The notes: generated by a model from the sequence alone, not told the origin. Counted from the stretch's first letter, positions 9,007 through 22,700 are shown. The stretch is DNA of 32,000 nucleotides from an uncultured Rhodanobacteraceae bacterium (GCA_964466115.1 CAYXMH010000001.1:84389-116388); one strand, 5' to 3'. Numbers and translations: made by a program.

Positions 9007-11634
9007 ATGAACCGCGTGTTAGTGCTGGAATCTTCCGCAACCAGACGCCGTGCTGTGCACGCATCGCTGACAAGTCATGGTTTCCAAGTTAGCGAGCTGC
9101 CCGGATTCGAGCACGCTCCGGCCATTCTTAAACGACTGGGCACCACCGCCACCAACGTGCGCGGATTGGTGATGGGCTGGCCAGAACACCACAATGCGTT
9201 GGCCGGCGAAGTCTTCGCCATGCTGCGCCAAGACGAGTTTGAGCATTTCGCGGTAGTGCTGTTGGCAGACACCAACAATGCCGATGCCGTGAACTGGATG
9301 ATGAAACGTCCGAGCACCGATTTGCTCTTGTGGAGCGATTACAACGAAGCGGCGGATTCCTTAAATAAACTGATCAACCCCCCGGCACCGGCGGTCCTGC
9401 CAAACCCGGACGTCAATAATCGCAATAATTTGCGAATCCTCTTCGTCGATGACTCAGCCACCGTGCGTATTGCCTTTCGCCGGCTGCTCACCATGCAAGG
9501 CTATCACGTTGAAACGGCTGAAAACGCCGCTGACGGCTGGGCCAAAGCGCAATCCAATCTCTACGATATCGCCATCGTGGATTACTTTATGCCGGGTGAT
9601 GCGGGAACCACGTTGGTGCAACGCATGAAAGAAAACCCGCGTACCGCGTCGATCTTAAGTGCGGTCATTACCGGCACTTATTCCGACCGCGTTATTAAGG
9701 AGTCGTTGGCCGCCGGCGCTCTTGAGTGCTTGTTTAAGAGCGAAGCGCGCGAATTGTTCCTGGCGCGATTGGGCTCGCTTGCACGGGCAGTACAGGACCG
9801 TAAATCGATCGATGCGGAACGGCGGCGATTATCCAGCATTCTTAACTCCGTGGGCGATGGCGTGTACGGTGTGGACGATAAAGGTGTGATCCAGTTTATC
9901 AACCCGGCCGCCATTGATCTGCTCGGTTTTCAGAGCAGCGCCCAGTTGATTGGAAAATCGGCCTATGAAACGTTTCACCACACATTCGAGGATGGCACGA
10001 CGCTGCCTCGCGCCGCGTGTTTCTTATCGCAATGCTACGCGCAAGGCAGCACCGTGCCAATTTGGCAAACGGTATTTTGGAGCGCCTCCAAACGCGCCAT
10101 TCCAGTCGAATGCACGGTTTACCCGATCCAAATGGATGGGCGACGCGAAGGCTCGGTGGTCGCGTTCAGGGATATTTCGGCGCGCCGTATACTGGAAGAC
10201 GAATTGCGCTGGCAGGCTAACCATGACATTTTAACCAAACTGTACAATCGCGCTTGGTTTGAAACGCAACTGGAACAAGAGATCGCCCGCATCCGACGCA
10301 CCGAACAAGTATCGCTGCTGTTGTTCGTCGATTTGGATCGCTTCAAATACATCAACGATACGGCCGGGCATACCGCCGGGGACCAGCTGCTGGTTGAAAT
10401 AAGCCACCGGCTAAAATCACGCCTGCGCGCAAGCGACCAGATTGCCCGCATGGGCGGCGATGAATACGCCATTATTTTGCACAATGTAAATAATACAGAC
10501 ATTGTGCATGTTGCCGATGAATTCCGTAAGGCGCTCTCCGCCTTGCCGTTCGCTTACGGCGGCAAGAGCTATCGCGTATCGGTGAGCATCGGCGTTTGTT
10601 TATTGGACCAACATACCGTATCGCGCACCGAGGCAATGGCGAACGCCGACATCGCGCTGCACCAGGCAAAAGACCGCGGACGCAATCAAATTCAAGTGTT
10701 CTCTCTAGATAGCGACCAACGTGCGAAAATGGATACCGAGCTTGGTTGGTCCTCGCGCCTGGTCGAGGCGATAAAGAAAGACCAATTTATCCTCTGCTAT
10801 CAACCGATACTGCCTTTGGCTCACTTGGAGTACGACAATTTGCCGCATGAACCCGGCGCGTTATGGACGCGCCACCTGCGCAAAAATAACGACAAACGCG
10901 CCTATTACGAAGTTTTGGTTCGCCTGCAGGACAGCGAAGGCAAATTAATCAATCCAGCCGCGTTTCTGCCCAGCGCCGAGCGCTTTAGCTTGATTGGCGA
11001 GATCGATCGATGGGTAGTGCGCCACGCACTGAAAGCGCTGCGCGAACATAACTTGACCAGCTCGCCCACGGGATTAACCATCAATCTCTCACCGCACTCG
11101 CTGGCGCAGCCGGGGTTGGCGCGGTACATCACCGATCGATTGGTGGAATTCAATATCGACCCGAACGCGGTGATTTTTGAGATTACCGAGTCCGGTGCGC
11201 TTCATCAATTGGAGGCGGCTCGGACTCTTATCCGCGAATTACGCGCCTTTGGTTGCCGCTTCGCGCTGGATGATTTCGGAGTCGGGTTTTCCTCGTTCAC
11301 CCACCTAAAACATTTGGATGTCGATTTTCTGAAAATCGATGGCTCATTCACTCAAGGCTTGCTGTCCGACCAGGTGGACCTTGCCGTCATTAACGCCATC
11401 ACCAGCATTGCTCATTCCATAGGCAAATTTACCATTGCCGAATGCGTTGAACACCCCGAGATTCTTCGCGCATTGCGTAATTGCAATGTGGATTATGCGC
11501 AAGGGTATTATATCGGCCGACCGAAACCGAGCTTGCGCGCGGCTGCCGCGCAATTGGAAATGGTGCACGGCAAAGAGCCCACACCTCCCTATCAAGCTGA
11601 CGATACCTACGAAGCTCGGCCGGCCACGAACTAA
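9007..11634 (+). CDS. Two-receiver PAS-GGDEF-EAL c-di-GMP signalling protein
   Basis: 875 aa; N-terminal receiver-like segment, a second canonical REC (ILFVDDSATVR...DIAIVDYFMPGDAG), PAS (ILNSVGDGVYGVDDKGVIQFINPAA), GGDEF with intact GGDEY, EAL-type domain (YEVLVR, FEITESGAL, ALDDFGVGFSS). Confidence 0.93.
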   Translation: MNRVLVLESSATRRRAVHASLTSHGFQVSELPGFEHAPAILKRLGTTATNVRGLVMGWPEHHNALAGEVFAMLRQDEFEHFAVVLLADTNNADAVNWMMKRPSTDLLLWSDYNEAADSLNKLINPPAPAVLPNPDVNNRNNLRILFVDDSATVRIAFRRLLTMQGYHVETAENAADGWAKAQSNLYDIAIVDYFMPGDAGTTLVQRMKENPRTASILSAVITGTYSDRVIKESLAAGALECLFKSEARELFLARLGSLARAVQDRKSIDAERRRLSSILNSVGDGVYGVDDKGVIQFINPAAIDLLGFQSSAQLIGKSAYETFHHTFEDGTTLPRAACFLSQCYAQGSTVPIWQTVFWSASKRAIPVECTVYPIQMDGRREGSVVAFRDISARRILEDELRWQANHDILTKLYNRAWFETQLEQEIARIRRTEQVSLLLFVDLDRFKYINDTAGHTAGDQLLVEISHRLKSRLRASDQIARMGGDEYAIILHNVNNTDIVHVADEFRKALSALPFAYGGKSYRVSVSIGVCLLDQHTVSRTEAMANADIALHQAKDRGRNQIQVFSLDSDQRAKMDTELGWSSRLVEAIKKDQFILCYQPILPLAHLEYDNLPHEPGALWTRHLRKNNDKRAYYEVLVRLQDSEGKLINPAAFLPSAERFSLIGEIDRWVVRHALKALREHNLTSSPTGLTINLSPHSLAQPGLARYITDRLVEFNIDPNAVIFEITESGALHQLEAARTLIRELRAFGCRFALDDFGVGFSSFTHLKHLDVDFLKIDGSFTQGLLSDQVDLAVINAITSIAHSIGKFTIAECVEHPEILRALRNCNVDYAQGYYIGRPKPSLRAAAAQLEMVHGKEPTPPYQADDTYEARPATN

Positions 11635-11689
11635 ACGCCGCGCACCGCATTCTCTTCCGTCTTTAACTCGCGATGACATTCTAAGCCAA

Positions 11690-13147
11690 ATGGCTATACC
11701 AACTTTTTATTGGCACGATTATGAAACCTTCGGCGTTGATCCCAGACGTGATCGCCCGGCGCAATTTGCCGGCTTGCGAACCAACATGGATTTGGAGCCG
11801 ATCGCCGAGCCAATGGTGATTTACTGCAAACCCAGCGACGATCTATTGCCCCAGCCACAAGCGTGCCTGCTCACCGGCATCACACCCCAGATGGCCGAGC
11901 GCATGGGCACTGGCGAGGCAGATTTTGCTGCCCGGATTCATGAAGAATTGGCCATTCCGGGCACCTGTAGCGCCGGTTACAATTCATTGCGCTTCGATGA
12001 GGAGGTCACGCGGCATCTTTTGTACCGCAATTTTTTTGATCCCTACGCACGCGAATGGGAAAACGGCAATTCGCGCTGGGATATCATCGATCTCGCCCGC
12101 TTAACCTACGCGCTGCGCCCCGACGGAATCGAGTGGCCGAGGCAAGACGACGGCAACCCCAGTTTTCGTCTCGGAGAGCTTAGCGCTGCCAATCACCTCT
12201 CCCACACCAAAGTTCACGATGCCCTCGGTGATGTTGAGGCCACGCTCGCGCTGGCGCGATTGATTCGCCGACACCAACCGCGCTTGTTCGAGTTTTATTT
12301 TCAGTTACGCCGAAAACAACGCGCATTGGAATTGCTCGACTACATTCATATGACGCCGGTTGTACACGTTTCATCAAGATACCCGGCCAGCCACGGCTGC
12401 CTAGCGATGGTGGTTCCTTTGGCAGTGCACCCAACTCAGCCCAACGCAATCATCGCCTACGACTTGCGCACCCATCCCAGCGCACTACTTGAGTTTGAGC
12501 CTGAGAAAATAGCGCAGCGCGTATTCACGGCCCAAGCGGCGCTACCGGAAGGAGAATCGCGCATACCATTGAAGTTGATACACATTAATCGCACCCCTGC
12601 CCTAGCGCCGTTATCCGCTCTTCAAGGCGCGGATCATGCGCGCATTAAGCTCGATGTAGAGCTTTGCTTGGCGCATCTAACGCTTATACAGCAATCCACC
12701 ACGGTGGCAGAAAAAGTCCGCACGGTATTCTCACGCCCGACTTCGGAGGCTAAAATCGACCCGGAATTAGCGCTTTACGAGGGTGGCTTTCTTAACGACC
12801 ACGATCGCCCATTATTGAGGGAGGTGCGCAAAACCGCGCCAGCCCAACTGGGCGCGCGCAATTTTGCGTTTCGCGACCCGCGCTATACCGAGTTATTGTT
12901 TCGCTACCGCGCCCGCAACTATCCGGATACGCTTAACCTCAAAGAGGCCACGCTCTGGGAGGATTTCCGGCGGCGCAAGCTGACCATTGAAACCGCCTTA
13001 ACATCAATAACATTGGACCAATACTTCACGGAAATCACCCGATTACGCCAGTCCGATGTTTCTTTAGACGCGAGAAAAAGTGCGCTACTGGATGAATTAG
13101 AAATATGGGGCCATAATATTATTTACACAAATCTCAAACAATCCTAA
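11690..13147 (+). CDS. sbcB: Exodeoxyribonuclease I
   Basis: Listed ORF is 11435..13147, but homology begins at ATG 11690 (MAIPTFYWHDYETFGVDPRRDRPAQFAGLRTN); DEDD exonuclease motifs (HDYETFG, GYNSLRFDEE, HDALGDVEATLALA). Confidence 0.94.
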   Translation: MAIPTFYWHDYETFGVDPRRDRPAQFAGLRTNMDLEPIAEPMVIYCKPSDDLLPQPQACLLTGITPQMAERMGTGEADFAARIHEELAIPGTCSAGYNSLRFDEEVTRHLLYRNFFDPYAREWENGNSRWDIIDLARLTYALRPDGIEWPRQDDGNPSFRLGELSAANHLSHTKVHDALGDVEATLALARLIRRHQPRLFEFYFQLRRKQRALELLDYIHMTPVVHVSSRYPASHGCLAMVVPLAVHPTQPNAIIAYDLRTHPSALLEFEPEKIAQRVFTAQAALPEGESRIPLKLIHINRTPALAPLSALQGADHARIKLDVELCLAHLTLIQQSTTVAEKVRTVFSRPTSEAKIDPELALYEGGFLNDHDRPLLREVRKTAPAQLGARNFAFRDPRYTELLFRYRARNYPDTLNLKEATLWEDFRRRKLTIETALTSITLDQYFTEITRLRQSDVSLDARKSALLDELEIWGHNIIYTNLKQS

Positions 13148-13248
13148 TTTTTTTAAATTTCTTTATACAATAAAAAACAAAAACCAACTCCAATCGTGCA
13201 TAAACTGGTACCAGAGGTTTAAGCATTCACCCCGAATCGAGGCATGAC

Positions 13249-13938
13249 GTGAAAGACAACTCCTATTTCACACCCGCCAGTTTCCGCTTTTTGCGCGAAC
13301 TTGCGGCCAACAATAATCGGGCATGGTTTGCCGAAAATAAACACCGCTTCGACGAAGTGCTGCGCCAGCCGTATTTGAACTTGATTGCGGATTTGGCCAC
13401 TCCGTTGATGAAAATCAGCCGGCATTTTTGCGCCGACCCCCGCCCGCAGGGTGGCTCGTTGTTTCGCTTGCACCGGGACACCCGCTTTAGCCGGGACAAA
13501 AATCCCTACAAGGCGTATGCCGGGGCCATTTTCTTCCATAAGCGCCACCACGATGTGCAAGCCCCATCGTTTTATTTGCATATTCAACCGGGCGGCTGTT
13601 TCCTCGCCGCGGGCTTATGGCATCCGCAACCGGCAACCGTTCACCGCGTTCGCGATTATCTAGTGGATAACCCCTCCTCCTGGCAAAAAGCCGTTCACGC
13701 AAAGTACTTTCAACAGCATTATGAGATCGGCGGGGATAGCCTTGTGCGCTCGCCGCGTGGCTACGATCCCGATCACGAACTAGCGCTAGACATCAAACGC
13801 AAAGACTTCGTTGCAGCCCAATACTTCGACGACAAGCAAGCCTGCGCCCCCAATCTACGCCCCTTTATATTAAACGGCTGGAAGGGATTGGCACCGATGA
13901 TGGACTATTTGTGCACGGCGCTCGATCTGGAATTCTAA
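13249..13938 (+). CDS. DUF2461 / TIGR02453 family protein
   Basis: GTG start; FLRELAANNNRAWFAENKHRFDEVLRQPYLNLIADLATPL...FRLHRDTRFSRDKNPYKAYAGAIF typical of the family. Confidence 0.85.
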   Translation: MKDNSYFTPASFRFLRELAANNNRAWFAENKHRFDEVLRQPYLNLIADLATPLMKISRHFCADPRPQGGSLFRLHRDTRFSRDKNPYKAYAGAIFFHKRHHDVQAPSFYLHIQPGGCFLAAGLWHPQPATVHRVRDYLVDNPSSWQKAVHAKYFQQHYEIGGDSLVRSPRGYDPDHELALDIKRKDFVAAQYFDDKQACAPNLRPFILNGWKGLAPMMDYLCTALDLEF

Positions 13939-14050
13939 GCAACCTTTTGAATAACCCCAAACGGCTCCTTAATATCCCGACAACCCAGCTTCAGACCACG
14001 GCTGGCGCCCTGCTGCTAATGATATTTAAAACGAGCTCAGAGACCCCTAA

Positions 14051-15253
14051 ATGCGTGATCGATTCATTCCGAGCACTCGCCTGTCGTGTTTTTATTTTGC
14101 TTATTACGCTGCCCTCGGCGCCTTCACTCCGTATTGGAGCCTGTTCCTAAAACACCGCAATCAAAGCACCACCGCCATAAGCTTGTTGATGGCGCTTTGG
14201 TATGGCACGCGTATTGTCGCCCCTGGCATCCTAAGCGCCCTGGCGGCGCAATCAGCCACCCCCATTATTTGGCTGCGCATTGGGTCGGTAGCCGCATTCT
14301 TAAGTTTTTTCGCATTTTTGTTGCCGATGGAGTTCGCCGGCCTTTTTACGGCGATGGTAATTTTTTGTTTTTTCTATAATGCAATTATGCCTCAATTCGA
14401 GGCGATAACGCTTTCGCATTTAGGTCTACAAGTTAGCCACTACGGAAGGATACGCGTATGGGGCTCGGTCGGGTTCATCCTGATAGTTGCCGGGTTTGGC
14501 CTGGCCTTGGACTACGCGTCGATCGCGTGGCTGCCCTGGATGATGCTGCCTTTGTTCGGCATCATCGCCATCAGCAGTTTTTACAACGATTACGGGCCAG
14601 AGCATTTGCTGGCAACCGGAACAAGCCAATTTCGCCAACTGTTATTGCGGCGCGAGGTCATCGTATTTTTCGGCATTGCGTTCTTAATGCAGATATCGTT
14701 CGGGCCTTATTACACTTTTTTCTCGTTATATCTTGACCAATTCGGGTACCGTCCGGTCGCGCTCGGCGCCTTTTGGACCGCAGCTGTACTGGTGGAAATC
14801 GTCATGTTTTTTTTCTCAAACCGTGCGTTGCAACGGCTGGACGCGCGGCGCATGATTTTGCTCGCTTTGCTACTCGCAGCCTGCCGCTGGATCGCCACGG
14901 CGCTTTATCCTGAAAATCGGATTGTGCTTGGTCTTGCGCAGTTAAGTCACGCCATCACGTTTGCCGCATTTTATGCCGCTTGCATGCAGCTCATGAGTGA
15001 ATACTTCCCCGGCCGCGACAACGGCCATGGTCAAAGCGTTTTATATGGCTTCAGCTCAGGGTTAGGCGGCGTACTCGGTGCGCTGATTGCCGGTCAAGCA
15101 TGGGGTATTGGCAATGGCCGACTGGCATTTCTCATTGCCGCGGGTGTGTGCATAGCAGCGGCAGGTCTGGCGTGGTGGGGACTGTCGCCCATTGTCCGTC
15201 CGATCGAAAATTCCACAACCGTGCCAGGGGTCGGATCTTTATCCGATAGTTGA
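14051..15253 (+). CDS. MFS transporter, PPP/HcaT-like (MFS_1_like)
   Basis: 400 aa, multiple hydrophobic helices; N-terminus LSCFYFAYYAALGAFTPYWSLFLKHRNQS and RIRVWGSVGFILIVAGFG typical of this family. Confidence 0.8.
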   Translation: MRDRFIPSTRLSCFYFAYYAALGAFTPYWSLFLKHRNQSTTAISLLMALWYGTRIVAPGILSALAAQSATPIIWLRIGSVAAFLSFFAFLLPMEFAGLFTAMVIFCFFYNAIMPQFEAITLSHLGLQVSHYGRIRVWGSVGFILIVAGFGLALDYASIAWLPWMMLPLFGIIAISSFYNDYGPEHLLATGTSQFRQLLLRREVIVFFGIAFLMQISFGPYYTFFSLYLDQFGYRPVALGAFWTAAVLVEIVMFFFSNRALQRLDARRMILLALLLAACRWIATALYPENRIVLGLAQLSHAITFAAFYAACMQLMSEYFPGRDNGHGQSVLYGFSSGLGGVLGALIAGQAWGIGNGRLAFLIAAGVCIAAAGLAWWGLSPIVRPIENSTTVPGVGSLSDS

Positions 15254-15257
15254 ACCC

Positions 15258-18333
<3,076 letters not shown>

Positions 18334-18478
18334 CTATTTAAGTCAATACAGCGGATGGATTGGTTTTTTTGCCATAGCCCACTACTATCCGATGGTGCAA
18401 AAAATGAATTATCGGGGCGGTTTAACCGATTGTCACTCCTTTGCACAAATTGATTTGCTTTCCCACCGACGACAACGC

Positions 18479-19645
18479 ATGACTCACGACGCCGAAATTC
18501 TGCTCAGTTTATTCATCGTGTTTGTCGCCGCGCAGGTTGGGGCGGAGCTGGCGCAACGGCTTAAGCAACCCGCCGTGGTCGGCGAGATTGCCGCCGGTTG
18601 TGTGATCGGACCTTCGGTATTGGGCTTTATCCAGCCCTCCGAGGCATTGAACATGCTCTCTGAGATCGGCGTGGTGTTATTGCTGTTTTCGGTTGGTTTG
18701 GAGATGCAGCTGGCCGAACTTAAAAGCATCGGCCGTAGCGCCATTCTAGTTGGTATACTTGGTGTAATAATCCCCTTTGTTCTTGCCACGCTGTGGGCGA
18801 TAAACAATGGATTTACCCCACACAAGTCGTTGTTCATCGCTGCCGCGTTCGTCGCAACCTCAGCCGGCATCACGGCCCGCGTGCTGCAAGAGTTAAACGC
18901 ACTTAAGCGGGTTGAAAGCCGCGTAATTCTAGGGGCTGCGGTGATCGACGATATTCTCGCAATGTTACTGCTGGGTATCGTTGTGTCATTGCAAACCACG
19001 GACGGCTTCCAAACCTGGCATTTGGCCCTGGTGCTGCTGGAAGCGGTCGCGTTTATCGCCGTAGTGGGTTACGTCGGCACACATGTTATGCGGCGTTCCT
19101 CGCGCTGGCTCGACGCACCGATCCATCCGTTGTCGCCGTTAACCATTGTGTTAGCGCTGTGCCTTGGCCTGGCGTATTTATCTACGACTTTCGGATTGGC
19201 TGCGATCATCGGCGCCTTCCTCGCCGGCATGATCGCCTCCGAAACCAAGCAACGCGCAACACTTGAACACCAAACGCAGCCCCTATTGGCGTTGCTAACA
19301 CCATTTTTTTTCGTGATGACCGGTAGCAAGGTGGAAATCGCCGAATTGGCCAATACGTCCACCTTGCTGCTTCTGGCAACAGTTACCGCCATTGCGGTGG
19401 TCTCGAAATTTACTGGCGGTTTTCTTGGCGCACTTAGTCTTGGCAAGCGCAGCGCTATTATTGTTGGCGTAGGCATGATTCCGCGCGGCGAAGTCGGTGT
19501 GGTGGTTGCCAGCTTAGGATTGGCCGCGGGCGTGTTTTCAGCGCGGATTTATGCAGTGATCGTCGCAATGTCGTTACTCACCGCCATGCTCACGCCACCG
19601 TTGCTGGCGCGTCTGTTACAAAAAAACGAACCGGCTTCGAAATAG
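18479..19645 (+). CDS. CPA2-family cation:proton antiporter (Kef-type membrane component, no NAD-binding domain seen)
   Basis: Start at MTHDAEILLSLFIVFVAAQVGAEL; LKQPAVVGEIAAGCVIGPSVLGF, EIGVVLLLFSVGLEMQL, VIDDILAMLLLG, GMIPRGEVGVVVAS. The extra ~60 N-terminal codons in the listed ORF do not look like antiporter sequence. Confidence 0.88.
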   Translation: MTHDAEILLSLFIVFVAAQVGAELAQRLKQPAVVGEIAAGCVIGPSVLGFIQPSEALNMLSEIGVVLLLFSVGLEMQLAELKSIGRSAILVGILGVIIPFVLATLWAINNGFTPHKSLFIAAAFVATSAGITARVLQELNALKRVESRVILGAAVIDDILAMLLLGIVVSLQTTDGFQTWHLALVLLEAVAFIAVVGYVGTHVMRRSSRWLDAPIHPLSPLTIVLALCLGLAYLSTTFGLAAIIGAFLAGMIASETKQRATLEHQTQPLLALLTPFFFVMTGSKVEIAELANTSTLLLLATVTAIAVVSKFTGGFLGALSLGKRSAIIVGVGMIPRGEVGVVVASLGLAAGVFSARIYAVIVAMSLLTAMLTPPLLARLLQKNEPASK

Positions 19646-19715
19646 AAATAACTGACGCATTCGCCCGTGTAACAAAACTTCACAGTGCAACTCTGTCCCC
19701 TGCGAGGTTCAAATT

Positions 19716-19791
19716 CCGTCTCTGTCTAGGTACTCACAAGTGTGGGTGTGGACCCGCGTGGTGGGTAACCAAACTTTAAAGACAGGAACGG
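19716..19791 (+). promoter_or_regulatory. Candidate structured 5' leader of the RHS gene that includes the RBS region
   Basis: CCGTCTCTGTCT (19716-19727) is complementary at 10/12 positions to AGACAGGAACGG (19780-19791), which contains the likely Shine-Dalgarno AGGA; an internal short hairpin GGGT-GTGG-ACCC lies at 19744-19755. Confidence 0.3.
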
Positions 19792-19795
19792 TGTG

Positions 19796-22700
19796 ATGAA
19801 GATTAAGCAGATGAGTAGCGCGGTGCTGATGGCACTGGGCATGGGGCTAGTGCTGGAGCCGGTCTTCGGCGGTGCGCTGGATCACGCCGCACCAGGTGCG
19901 ACCGGTGTTTCCGCCACCTCGTGCGCGGGTGGCGCTTCGCGCAATCCGGCCGGATGCGATGGCCACGGGGTACTGAAATACGCCTTCACCTTCTCCGGTG
20001 ATCTGCGTTTGTGGGATGAGCCGACCAGTTATATTCCGGCCTACGGTCCCTGGGTATCGCTGGGCGTGTCGATGAACTCGTCCGAGGTGAAGCGCTCACC
20101 CGGCACCCAGGCCGGTGGCTGGAACGTGGGCTTATCCGGGTATGTGACCACCGTGGTGAATACCGGGACCACGCAATTTGCCGAGGTGCCCGCCCCGGTG
20201 ACCAATGCGGTACAGGTATATTTGTCGCAAGGTGGGTTTGAAACCTACGTCTCCTCGTCCGCTTGCTCTGCGACTTCGGGTACGCGCTGCACCTTTGCTA
20301 AGGACGCGATCAGCCAAGCCACCGTATCGCGCGCCGGTGGCGACACTGGCGTATTGGCCAGTTACCCTGCTGCCGTGCGTGCTCAATTGTTGGATCCGCG
20401 CGGCTTTGCTCGTGCGTTGCCCGGCGGTGGCTATGAGGTTTATGGCGGAAGTTTGGAATCGATTCGGGTTGTCCCCGGCGGCTACGAAGCCTGGTTAAGC
20501 GCTCGGGTCGATCGCACCGGCTTGGCCTTGGTGTTTCACTACGACACCCGTCCTAGCGGCATTAAGCGCGTGCGCTCGTTAACCGATGCCAGCGGCCTTG
20601 AGACCCATTTGTACTACCCCGACAACGAACCGCGTTGGAGTGCGTCTCCTCCCCAAGGCTTGAGCGAGCTGCTGGCTGTCAGCCCCACGGCCGAAGGTCT
20701 TTTGACCTCGATCGCCGATCCCTACGGCCATCGCGCCGAATTCACCTACCAAGACGCCTGGACCGGCTGGGTCTTGGGCGAACCCCTAGCTCTTAAGACC
20801 GACAGCTTGCGCGCCGCGGTGCTGGCGCAAAGCGGCTTGTTTCGTCTGATTGCCAGCCAAGACGTGTTGGGCGTGCGCTCATTGATTCGCTACGGCTGTG
20901 GAGCCGTTATCTTGCCTGACACACTGGAACACCTGCGTGCAGGCATCCGCGATGGCATCGCTATCCCCGCTTCCTGCGTCAACGCCCGCAGCGGCATTCC
21001 TCTCCCCGGCCCCACTTGGCTGGATCCGGCCGCGACCGAAACTCCCTACGGCATCAACCGTTACAAACGCGTCGATGTCGTCAGCGACTCGCAACACCGC
21101 TTAGGCTGGATCGTCCAGAACCCGGCCGGCAACATCGAATGGAAAGAGACCCTATTCGGTACCCAGGATATCGGGCTGCAAAGCCAATTGGCGGCACTCC
21201 TGGGTCGCGGCACCGCACCCTCCGATCGCCCCGCCCACATTCCCGTCTCCGCTTGGAACAGCCTATTGCGCTTACCGGCCAGTGCGTATCGCACCGGTTA
21301 CCAATGGAGCTTTAAAGCGTTGGACGAGTGGCCCGACAACCCCGCCTTCCACGGTGTGGATCTGTTCGCCATGGCGGGTGCTCCCGCGATGCCGCCGCTG
21401 GCCTTGGCCCACATCGAACAATATGCCCACGACTACCCGGCCGGCAGCGAAGAGGCCAGCTTAAGCCAAGTCAAAATCTGGGAGAAAACACCGGGGGAAT
21501 CCGAAGGTGTGTATTACGGTTATGAGAACGCCACCGATGCGGCGACGTTTCGTCCCCAACCGATGCCGGGCGCGCCGTTAACCGGTGCGACCCATGCACA
21601 ACCCAGCCCGAGTGTCGTGGCGCGGCGCTTGGACGACGGCACCTTTCAGGCGGTATATCAACAATACAACGAGCAAGGCAACCCGACCTTACGCGTCGAC
21701 GCGATGGGAGGTGCCCAAGAAACGGTGTATGCGCCGAATGGCATCGATGTGACGGACCTCTACGCAGTGCGCTGGAGTGTGGATGCGATGGGATTGGGTC
21801 ACGCCACGCACTTGGAGCGCTTGGCGCACTTCGTGGTCAACGACCAAGGCCAAGTCACGCGCGAGGAAGGCACCCTTGCGGGTGTCGGTACCACGCTTGA
21901 CTATGAAACCGCTGCCCCGTATCGCTTGGCTGGGGTGACCAATGAGCTTGGACTTCGCACCCGCTACCACTGGAGCACGATCGGCACCGATCCCACCACG
22001 CGCGTGGATCGCTTAACGGTCACAGCGCCGAACGGTTTAGTCTCCACATCCGACTACCGCCAAGGCGCAGTGGTGCGCCAGGAATCCCAAGGCCGAATCC
22101 GCGAGTACGCCGGTCAGGACGCGTTTGGCCGGCCGGCCACCGTCTCGGTGGGTGGGGAGATCAAAGTTCGCTACACCTACAACCCTGCGAACCTTCTGGA
22201 TCTGCAGACGATCCGCAACGAGACCAACGCCAGCGAGGTGAAGCTCATCACCGATTACTTAGGCCGGGTGCAATGGAGCTGGCAGACCAATGCGATGGGC
22301 GAGGTGGTAAGTTCCAGCCAGCGCAGTTACGACCTATCCGGAAATTTGGCATCACTATGGACCAGTGGCGCCAGCACCACCGAAGTGGTGGCATGGTATT
22401 ACGATGTTCAGGGACGGCCCACGCTGCGTTGGGACACCGAGGGCAGTCAGACGCAATTGAGTTACAGCCCCACGACCGGACGCTTAACCGGCAGCCAAGA
22501 CGCGAATGGCCAATGGACGTATTACCGCTACGACGCCAACGGGGCGCTCCTAAGCAAACGCCTAAGCGATCCGGTCAGCGGACGAGAGACGGTGCGGATG
22601 GAGTACGACCCGGTCTACGGAAGAATCAACCGAAAGTTTGATGCGATCGGGATGACCGAATACCACTACACCCCATACCAACCGTATCGTTTGGAGTGGA

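Noticed and set aside
11435-11689. N-terminal extension of the exonuclease I ORF
   Set aside because: It overlaps the end of the GGDEF/EAL gene in another frame and is not ExoI-like; homology starts at ATG 11690.
19670-19702. Possible sigma-E-like promoter for RHS (AAAACTT-N15-TCCCC)
   Set aside because: Both boxes are poor matches to the consensus compared with the clear site at 26323-26350.
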